Below, one piece after another: positions 25,421-32,000 of a stretch of 32,000 nucleotides of DNA. Each line of letters opens with the position of its first letter. Positions within the stretch are counted from its first letter, which is position 1. The notes under the pieces are model-generated. The model saw only the letters and a program-made list of their open reading frames with translations, did no database searches and had not been told where the DNA came from. The DNA is from Phycisphaera mikurensis NBRC 102666 (lineage in GTDB: Bacteria > Planctomycetota > Phycisphaerae > Phycisphaerales > Phycisphaeraceae), in contig NC_017080.1 in the NCBI RefSeq assembly GCF_000284115.1, positions 3,000,001 to 3,032,000 on the forward strand, given 5' to 3'. The translations under genes were made by a program, and so were the position numbers.

Positions 25421-27019
25421 ATGAAGTACCTCTTCGCCGCTTCGCTGGTCGTCCTGCTGCTGTGCTCGGTCGGCCTGCGGCTGTCCTTCCCGGACGTCTC
25501 CAGCGACAAGCCGGTGATCTACTGGATCACCGACAAGAACCCGGCCCGCGTCGAGCAGGTCGACACCTTCCACCGCTGGCTGGTGAAGGAGGGCCACGTC
25601 GACGAGGAGGGCGAGGCCGTGTGCGAGCTGCGGATCGACACGAGCAACTCGGACAACACCAAGAAGGTGATCCAGAGCGTGTCCGGGGTGGGCTCCGACG
25701 TCATGGACCTCTACGCGGGTTACAACATGCGGCTCATGTCCTCGATGGGGGTGCTCGCCCCGCTCAACGAGCCCGCCGAACGCCTTGGCTTCTCGCTGGA
25801 CGACACCTTCGAGGTGCTCGAGCCGGAGATCTCCGTGAACGGGCAGCAGTACATGTACCCCTGCAACGTCACGGCCCGGACGATCATCGCGAATCCCGCC
25901 GCTTTCGAGGCGGCGGGCCAGCCCCAGCCGCCGCGGCGGTGGACGATCGAGGAGTTCACCGAAGCCGGCCGGGCGTACGTGGCCGCGGCCAACCGCCCCG
26001 ACACGCCGCCCTCGGACCGCCGTTTCTTCGTCGACCAGATGTCGATCGACGTGCTCTGGCGGAGCTTCGGATCCTCGGCCTTCAACGAAACGGGCACCGC
26101 GTCGGGCTTCAACACCGGCGGTTACAAGCAGGCGTTGCGGCAGCAGAAGCAGTGGATCTACGAAGACGGGATCATGCCGACGCCCGACGACCTCGCCGCC
26201 TTCGCGACGGCGCAGGGCTACGGCGGGGCGTCGCTGCAGCTCTTCGGCCGCGGCAACTTCGCCATGCTCACCGGCGGGCGCTACTTCCTGATCCAGCTGC
26301 GGCAGTTCCCGGGCCTGCGGGGCCTGCGGGCGATCGAGCTGCCGCACGGCGGCTTCCCGAACACGACCGTGAACACGCGGGCCGCGGCCGTCTACGCCGG
26401 CAGCGAGGGCAAGCCGTACGCCTACCTCTTCCTCGCCTATCTCGCCAGCGACGACTACAACGCGTTGATCGTCCGGGACGCCGACGCCCTCCCGCCGAAC
26501 CCCGCCGCGCTGCGGACCGAAGCGTTCCTGCGCCCGCCGGATCACCCCACGGAGTGGGAGTTCCACGGCCCGCAAGCCGAGGCCGCCGTCACGATCGGCA
26601 TCGGCGGGGCCTACAGCCCCTTCGTCCAGAAGACCGAGATCCTGCGCGAGCGTGAGGCCTTCGAGCAGCTCTACATGATCGGCCGGCTCAGCCTCGAGGA
26701 GGCGGTGCTCCGCACCGACGCCGCGGTGAACCGCCGCATCCGCTCCACGGTGGAACGCAAGCCCGACCTGCGGCCGGAGTTCCTCCGCCGGCAGGTGATC
26801 CAGACCGCCGTCGACGAGCGGCGAGACGCGGGCCGGCCGATCCCCGCCAACTGGATCTTCAACGCCTTCTTCAAGGCCTACTACGAGCGGACGGGTCGCC
26901 TCGGCCCCGACGAGCCCTTCCCCGCCGGGGGCGAGCCTCCCGCCCAAGCCGGCGTCGCCGCGAGCCCCGACACCGATTTCGATAGCGACACCGCCACCGC
27001 CACCGCCGAGGCGGCCTGA
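25421..27019 (+). CDS. ABC transporter extracellular solute-binding protein (family 1-like)
   Basis: N-terminal hydrophobic segment MKYLFAASLVVLLLCSVGL, SDVMDLYAGYNMRLMSSMGVLAPLNE, WTIEEFTEAGRAYV, and GRGNFAMLTGGRYFLIQLRQFPG. Directly upstream of two permease genes. Confidence 0.88.
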   Translation: MKYLFAASLVVLLLCSVGLRLSFPDVSSDKPVIYWITDKNPARVEQVDTFHRWLVKEGHVDEEGEAVCELRIDTSNSDNTKKVIQSVSGVGSDVMDLYAGYNMRLMSSMGVLAPLNEPAERLGFSLDDTFEVLEPEISVNGQQYMYPCNVTARTIIANPAAFEAAGQPQPPRRWTIEEFTEAGRAYVAAANRPDTPPSDRRFFVDQMSIDVLWRSFGSSAFNETGTASGFNTGGYKQALRQQKQWIYEDGIMPTPDDLAAFATAQGYGGASLQLFGRGNFAMLTGGRYFLIQLRQFPGLRGLRAIELPHGGFPNTTVNTRAAAVYAGSEGKPYAYLFLAYLASDDYNALIVRDADALPPNPAALRTEAFLRPPDHPTEWEFHGPQAEAAVTIGIGGAYSPFVQKTEILREREAFEQLYMIGRLSLEEAVLRTDAAVNRRIRSTVERKPDLRPEFLRRQVIQTAVDERRDAGRPIPANWIFNAFFKAYYERTGRLGPDEPFPAGGEPPAQAGVAASPDTDFDSDTATATAEAA

Positions 27020-27022
27020 CCG

Positions 27023-28663
27023 ATGGCCGAAACCACCTCCACCGCGATCGACGCCCGGGCCGAGCAGGCCGCCCCCGTCGGCCCTCCGCCCAAGAGCTCC
27101 ACACGCCGCGAGCTCGCCACCGGCTTGAGCTTCCTGGCGCCCAACATCCTCGGCGTCCTGGTCTTCGTGATCTTCCCGGTCGTGTTCAGCCTCGGGATGG
27201 CGTTCACCAACTGGGACCTCACGCAACAGAACATGTTCAAGCCCGAGGCGAGCGTCGAGTTCACCGGGCTGGACAACCTCATCGAGCTCACCACCGAAAA
27301 CCGCGTCGGCGACGTCAACGCCGACGGCCAGACCGTCGGCCTCTGGGAAGCGATCAGCTCCTCCCGCTTCCTCCGCTTCTTCGGGAACACGCTCTTTTTC
27401 ATGATGGGCATCCCGCTGGCCGTCGGCGGTTCGCTGATCGCCGCGATCCTGCTCAGCCAGGACACCCGCGCCGGCGGCGGCCGCAACCACGCCTGGCTCA
27501 TCGGCGGGGGCGTGCTCCTTTCCTCGTGCGTCCTGCTCGCGGCGCTGGGCATCGGAGCCTCCGCGATGGTGCTGCTGGTCGTGGGCACCGGCTGCGGCAT
27601 CCTGCTCATGGGCCTCGCCGGCGGCCTCACCTTCTACCGCACGGTCTTCTACACGCCCCACTTCGTCACGGGCGTGGCCACCTTCGTGCTCTGGAAGAAC
27701 CTGTACTCCAAGCAGACCGGTCCGATCAACAACACGCTGCAGCCGATCCTCGACGGCGTCTCCGGAATGGTGGCGGCGGTGCCGCCGGGTGTCGCACGCA
27801 GCCTGCACTTCCTCGGCTACGCGCTCCTGCTTGGCCTGTTCTGGAAGCTGCTCGCGATCCTGCGGAGGATGCACCGCGACGGCGACCTGGGGCGCATCGC
27901 CACCGCCCTCTCGGTGGCGCTGCTGTGCCTGCCCTTCCTCGCGGCCGGTCTCTGGTACGCGACGGCCCCCACCGCGTGGATCCTGCTCGCCGCGGCGGGC
28001 ACGATTGCCATCGCTCAGACGGCGATGGCCCTCCGCGGCGGCGACCGCTTCCCCTCCACCGCGATGGAGGGTCTCGGATCGGGCCTGGTGCTCTCCATCT
28101 TCGCGATGGTCGGCATGTTCATCCTGCTGGGCCTTTCCGCGGTCGCCTGGTACCTGCCCGGCCTGGTCGAGGGCGAAGTCGTCGACGGCGTCGTGGTCGA
28201 TGCGCCCGGGCTGGAGGCGCCCAGCTGGCTCAACGGCTACCACTACGCCAAGCCCGCCCTCATGTTCATGGGCATCTGGGGCGCCATCGGCAGCAACAAC
28301 ATGCTGCTCTACCTCGCCGGCCTCTCCAACGTGCCCGGCGAGCTGTACGAGGCCGCCGACATCGACGGCGCCACGCCGCTGTCCCGCTTCTGGAACGTGA
28401 CGTGGCCGCAGCTCGCGCCCACCACCTTCTTCATCTTCGTGATGAGCACGATCGGCGGACTCCAGGGCGGCTTCGAGGCGGCCCGGGTCATGACCCAGGG
28501 CGGCCCCGCCGGCTCGACGACCACGCTGTCGTACTTCATCTACCAGGAGGGCTTCGAGACCGGGCGGCTGGGCTTCGCCTCCGCGGTGGCTTGGGTGCTC
28601 TTCCTGCTCATCTTCGCCGTGACGCTCTTCAACTGGAAGTTCGGGAACAAGTATGTCGATTGA
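27023..28663 (+). CDS. ABC sugar transporter permease, MalF-type, with extra membrane-spanning insertions
   Basis: LSFLAPNILGVLVFVIFPVVFSLGMAFTNWD, FYRTVFYTPHFVTGVATFVLWKNLYSKQTGPINNTL, and EAA loop ELYEAADIDGATPLSRFWNVTWPQLAPTTFF. 546 aa, against ~300 aa typical. Confidence 0.9.
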   Translation: MAETTSTAIDARAEQAAPVGPPPKSSTRRELATGLSFLAPNILGVLVFVIFPVVFSLGMAFTNWDLTQQNMFKPEASVEFTGLDNLIELTTENRVGDVNADGQTVGLWEAISSSRFLRFFGNTLFFMMGIPLAVGGSLIAAILLSQDTRAGGGRNHAWLIGGGVLLSSCVLLAALGIGASAMVLLVVGTGCGILLMGLAGGLTFYRTVFYTPHFVTGVATFVLWKNLYSKQTGPINNTLQPILDGVSGMVAAVPPGVARSLHFLGYALLLGLFWKLLAILRRMHRDGDLGRIATALSVALLCLPFLAAGLWYATAPTAWILLAAAGTIAIAQTAMALRGGDRFPSTAMEGLGSGLVLSIFAMVGMFILLGLSAVAWYLPGLVEGEVVDGVVVDAPGLEAPSWLNGYHYAKPALMFMGIWGAIGSNNMLLYLAGLSNVPGELYEAADIDGATPLSRFWNVTWPQLAPTTFFIFVMSTIGGLQGGFEAARVMTQGGPAGSTTTLSYFIYQEGFETGRLGFASAVAWVLFLLIFAVTLFNWKFGNKYVD

Positions 28664-30296
28664 TTCCGACCCCCGCGACCCCCGCGACCGCCCGGTCGGG
28701 GATCAGCGACACGATCCCGCGGCCCCGGCCCAGGAGGCGGTGCCGCAGGTCGGCCGGCTGGCGACGACCCACACGGTCACCGGCGCAGCCGCCCCCCAGG
28801 CGCCCGCGCCCATCGCGGAGGTGCCGGGCTCCCGACCCACGCCGTCGAACCAGCCGCGGGCCGCCGAGCGGGCGCGGGCGCTGGCGAAGGCCGCGTCGCT
28901 GCACATCGTGCTGACGGCGCTGGGCCTGATCCTCTTCCTTCCCTTCCTCTACATGTTCCTGACGTCGGTGAAGGACCTCAGCCAGGTCGGGCTGCGATCC
29001 TGGATCCCCTCCACCGTGGTCACCACCGACGCGGGACAGTTCGGGGAGGAGCGACTGGCGGCGCTCCACGGCGTCATCCAGGAGCCCGCGGCGCCGGCCG
29101 AGCACTGGCTCTCGGCTCGCTTCGGCGAGCTGATCGAGCCGACGCCCGCGGAGGCTTCCACCGTGCTCAACCGGCTGATCAACGACGGTGCCGATGCGCT
29201 GGCGCTGCCCGCCGAGGACGTCGCCGCGGCCGCATCCGCATCGGCGGCGGCCGAGCCTCCGGCGGACCCCGCGAGCGGAACCGACGCCGAGCGGATCACG
29301 CTCGACGGCATCCCAGGCCCTTTCGATGCCGCGGATCTCCGGCTCCCGGAAGCCGGGTTCGCCGCCGACACGCCCGGAGCCCGCGCCTCGGCGGAGGCGG
29401 AAGCGGCGCTCCAGCGGGCGGAGGCCGCCGTCGCCGCCCACACCGCCTTCGAGAACGGCCTCGCCCTCGCCCCCGAAGGCGAGCGGGCCGCGGCCCGCTC
29501 CGAGGGCCTGGAGCTGCGAGCCGCCGCCGCCGAGGCCGCGCAGACGCTGCGGAGCGCGTGGACCCGCGTCCGGGGCCACCAGCTCGCCGCCGCCCTGCCG
29601 GCGGTGGTGCCCGAGCCCACCGCCTTCCGCTGGCACAACTACCTGCAGGTGTTCCGCGACATCCCCTTCGGCCGCTTCTACATGAACTCGCTGTTCGTGG
29701 CCGCTTGGGTCACCTTCCTCCAGCTGTTCACCAGCTCGATGGCCGCCTTCAGCTTCAGCCGCCTCAGGTGGAAGGGCCGCGACCAGGTCTTCCTTCTCTA
29801 TCTCGCGACGATGATGCTGCCGGGCCTGGTGTTGATGATCCCCAACTACCAGATCATGATCTCGCTGAGGCTCGTTGACACGCTGGTGGGCCTCATCCTG
29901 CCCGCCGCCTTCACCGCCTTTGGCACCTTCCTGCTGCGGCAGTTCATGATGGGCATCCCGGCGAGCCTTGACGAGGCCGCCGAGATCGACGGCGCCAGCA
30001 AGTGGCGGGTCTACTGGGACGTCATCCTCCCGCTGGCCCGCCCCGGCCTGGTGACGCTGGCCATCTTCACCTTCATGGGCACCTACAACAGCTTCTTCTG
30101 GCCGTTGGTGATGCTCAAGAGCGAGCACCGCTACACGCTGCCGATCGGCATCCTCGCCTTCGACACCAGCGCCGGCCAGCAGACGAATCTGATGATGGCC
30201 GCCATCACCATGACGATCGTCCCGATGATCATCGTCTTCGTGCTGCTCCAGAAGCAGCTGGTCAAGGGGATCCAGCTCGGCGCCGTGAAGGGCTGA
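28653..30296 (+). CDS. ABC sugar transporter permease, MalG-type, with ~180-aa insertion between TM1 and TM2
   Basis: HIVLTALGLILFLPFLYMFLTSVKDLSQV, NYLQVFRDIPFGRFYMNSLFVA, and ASLDEAAEIDGASKWRVYWDVILPLARPGLVTLAIFTF (EAA loop). 547 aa. Confidence 0.9.
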   Translation: MSIDSDPRDPRDRPVGDQRHDPAAPAQEAVPQVGRLATTHTVTGAAAPQAPAPIAEVPGSRPTPSNQPRAAERARALAKAASLHIVLTALGLILFLPFLYMFLTSVKDLSQVGLRSWIPSTVVTTDAGQFGEERLAALHGVIQEPAAPAEHWLSARFGELIEPTPAEASTVLNRLINDGADALALPAEDVAAAASASAAAEPPADPASGTDAERITLDGIPGPFDAADLRLPEAGFAADTPGARASAEAEAALQRAEAAVAAHTAFENGLALAPEGERAAARSEGLELRAAAAEAAQTLRSAWTRVRGHQLAAALPAVVPEPTAFRWHNYLQVFRDIPFGRFYMNSLFVAAWVTFLQLFTSSMAAFSFSRLRWKGRDQVFLLYLATMMLPGLVLMIPNYQIMISLRLVDTLVGLILPAAFTAFGTFLLRQFMMGIPASLDEAAEIDGASKWRVYWDVILPLARPGLVTLAIFTFMGTYNSFFWPLVMLKSEHRYTLPIGILAFDTSAGQQTNLMMAAITMTIVPMIIVFVLLQKQLVKGIQLGAVKG

Positions 30297-30316
30297 CGCG
30301 TCCCGAGCCCGTGCCC

Positions 30317-30560
30317 GGGTGCCACGCCGCCCGCGGGGTGGCGAGCGCGGGAGATGGTCGCGACGCGGCCACCCCCCAAGGGGCGTGGCACCCGGAGACC
30401 CCGATCAAGCGGACATCTCGGGTGCCACGCCGCTTGCGGGGTGGGGAGCGCGGGAGGTCGTTGCGGCGCGGCCACCCCCCGAGGGGCGTGGCACCCAGAG
30501 ACTCCAACCAAGCGGAGATCTCGGGTGCCACGCCGCTTGCGGGGTGGTGGTCGCCGCAGG
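30317..30560. repeat. Tandem repeat, 103-bp period, each unit a large imperfect hairpin (2 full units + truncated third)
   Basis: GGGTGCCACGCC starts at 30317, 30420 and 30523 (exact 103-bp spacing). First two units end CCACCCC...GGGGCGTGGCACCC (30393, 30496). Linker GGAGACCCCGATCAAGCGGACATCTC / AGAGACTCCAACCAAGCGGAGATCTC. The 3' limit of the third copy is approximate. Confidence 0.9.
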
Positions 30561-30619
30561 CGACGCCGACGCCCCGGAATCAGGCGGGTCGCGCCTCACG
30601 CACGCCCACCGAGCCGGCT

Positions 30620-31216
30620 TCAGCGGATGTTCTCTTTAAGCGCCGCAATCACGGCCTGCTTGTCGTGGCTGCGGAGGGCGTCGAGGATGTGCTGGTGCTC
30701 CTCGAGCACCTCCCCGTAGTCGTGCAGGCGGGAGTACGCCATGAGCATCTTGGCGCAGAGCTGCCGCCAAACCTCCATGAAGTCTTCCGCCCCGCAGGCG
30801 AGCAGGACCGCCTCGTGGAAGGCCATGTCGCACCGGGCCACCGCGGCCGCGCTGTCGTTGCTGCACGCGAAGCGGAGCTCGCGCAGCGCCATCTCGATCC
30901 CCGCGTAGCCCTCCTCGGTGATGTCGGCGAGGCCGGACTTCACCGCGAAGGTCTCGATCTGCACCCGCAGCGACACGATCATGTCGCGGTTCTTCTTCAC
31001 CGGGGGGTGCCGCACGGTGACGCCGCGGTTGGCGACGTAAGCGAGGAAGCCCTCGTGGGAGAGCTGCAGGAAGGCATCCCGCACCGGCCCCCGGCTGACG
31101 CCCAGCCGCTGCGCCAGCTCGACCTCGCGCAGCACGTGGCCGCCCTCGAAGTTGCCGGCCACCAACTCGTCGCGGAGCGCCCGCGTCACCTGCTCACGGA
31201 CCGTCTGTGGCTGCAT
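30620..31216 (-). CDS. GntR-family transcriptional regulator, FadR/FCD subfamily
   Basis: MQPQTVREQVTRALRDELVAGNFEGGHVLREVELAQRLGVSRGPVRDAFLQLSHEGFLAYVANRGVTV (wHTH), followed by an FCD-like all-helical C-terminus (AVARCDMAFHEAVLLACG). Start chosen at ATG 31214..31216; ATG 31226..31228 is also possible. Confidence 0.92.
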   Translation of the reverse strand: MQPQTVREQVTRALRDELVAGNFEGGHVLREVELAQRLGVSRGPVRDAFLQLSHEGFLAYVANRGVTVRHPPVKKNRDMIVSLRVQIETFAVKSGLADITEEGYAGIEMALRELRFACSNDSAAAVARCDMAFHEAVLLACGAEDFMEVWRQLCAKMLMAYSRLHDYGEVLEEHQHILDALRSHDKQAVIAALKENIR

Positions 31217-31241
31217 GCGTCGTCCCATTCCCAATCGTCCG

Positions 31242-31259
31242 GCAAGACTATAAGCTTGC
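31242..31259. promoter_or_regulatory. Candidate GntR autoregulatory operator / promoter palindrome
   Basis: GCAAGACTATAAGCTTGC: imperfect 18-nt palindrome with 5-bp perfect outer arms and central TATA, 25 nt upstream of the chosen GntR start. Confidence 0.35.
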
Positions 31260-31364
31260 GGCGCGAGGAGGACAGTCCGCCGCCGGGCGGCGGCCCGACG
31301 CACCGGTCGATCTCGCCGCAATCCGCGGGATGGCGTGCCCGCGTGCCGGGCCCGCCCGGTCGCC

Positions 31365-31877
31365 TCAGGGACCGGCCACGACCCCGACCGCGGAACCGTC
31401 GGGGCACCCGCCGGCGGCCGCCTCCATCATCTGGATGTTCTCGGGCGACATCTTCGGACCCCAGTTCGCTCCGGTCGCGTCGGAGACGAGTTCAGAGCCT
31501 CCGGTCGCGTCGCCCTCCTTGCGGATCGAGACCCAGCCCACCCGGGCCTCCACCCCGGCGAGTTCGTCCACGCTCATGCCGTTGGTGATGTCCCCGGGGT
31601 CGCCGCAGGTCAGCAGCGTGACGTCGACCAGCGACGATCCCTCACCGATCTGCGGATACGACCGCACCCCGGCGCCGCCCTCCGCGGCGGGAGAGCGGGT
31701 GTCGACCGGCCGGGCGTGAACGATCTGCGTCTCGAGGTCCAGCATCCACTTCTGGTCGCTGGGGCCGCGGTCGGAACCCAGCAGGTTCACCGCGAGGAGG
31801 ACCGCCGCGATGCCGCCGACCACCGCCACGGCACCAAGCTTCAGCAGCTTCTGAGGATCATCTTTGTCGTTGGCCAT
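31365..31877 (-). CDS. Hypothetical small membrane-anchored protein
   Basis: 170 aa. N-terminal MANDKDDPQKLLKLGAVAVVGGIAAVLLAVNLLG single TM, then a soluble polar domain. Codon-consistent ORF with ATG start. Confidence 0.65.
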   Translation of the reverse strand: MANDKDDPQKLLKLGAVAVVGGIAAVLLAVNLLGSDRGPSDQKWMLDLETQIVHARPVDTRSPAAEGGAGVRSYPQIGEGSSLVDVTLLTCGDPGDITNGMSVDELAGVEARVGWVSIRKEGDATGGSELVSDATGANWGPKMSPENIQMMEAAAGGCPDGSAVGVVAGP

Positions 31878-31970
31878 GGCAGCAATCGGGAATCGTGGGG
31901 ACGGGCGTGGGCGCCGGCTCGGGGATCCGTCACCCCGGCCGCACCGCCGGAGACGGCGAAGGGCCCCGCT

Positions 31971-32000
31971 TCACTGCTTCGCGTTCCAGTAGTTCGGCCC
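31971..32000 (-). CDS. Possible C-terminal end (…GPNYWNAKQ*) of a minus-strand CDS running off the right edge
   Basis: Reverse strand reads GGG CCG AAC TAC TGG AAC GCG AAG CAG TGA from position 32000. Only 9 codons visible. Confidence 0.4.
   Translation of the reverse strand, partial: GPNYWNAKQ

Noticed and set aside
30317-30560. Possible CRISPR array with 103-bp period
   Set aside because: Almost the entire 103-bp unit is conserved, not just a 25-40-bp repeat, and there are no variable spacers. It is a tandem duplication.
30131-30719. ORFs with repeated GCHAARGVA / HPRGVAPGD peptides
   Set aside because: Translations of the 103-bp tandem hairpin repeat. No independent coding evidence.
1-32000. 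tRNA, rRNA, known riboswitches, toxin-antitoxin, phage-defence, retron or prophage genes
   Set aside because: None recognised by eye in intergenic regions or ORF translations. Negative result is limited because no covariance or HMM search could be run.

Overview
High-GC bacterial chromosome segment. The gene content and the style of its intergenic repeats suggest a planctomycete or related lineage, but this is an inference because there is no rRNA or marker phylogeny here. From left to right: (1) a reductive pyrimidine-catabolism block: nitrilase/beta-ureidopropionase, uracil/xanthine permease, class III aminotransferase and PreA-like dihydropyrimidine dehydrogenase. Each of the three gene junctions holds an ACAGAGG-rich element with long imperfect terminal inverted repeats. 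(2) A REP-associated tyrosine transposase (HUH/Y1) bracketed by 2 upstream and 3 inverted downstream copies of a GGTGACAGCCACCGATT-type repeat. (3) A ~14 kb glycan-biosynthesis island: formyltransferase, Cys-rich methyltransferase, several glycosyltransferases, perosamine-synthase-like DegT aminotransferase and a domain-swapped HldE-like protein. Two of its putative glycosyltransferases share a C-terminal Rossmann-like add-on domain. (4) A GNAT-like protein and FtsH. (5) A sugar-type ABC importer operon whose two permeases both carry very large and unusual insertions. It is followed by a 103-bp-period tandem hairpin repeat and a GntR/FCD regulator with a candidate operator. No CRISPR array, rRNA or tRNA was recognised. 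The best candidates for something new are the enlarged ABC permease pair, the paired-arm ACAGAGG elements next to a RAYT, and the glycosyltransferase C-terminal domain.
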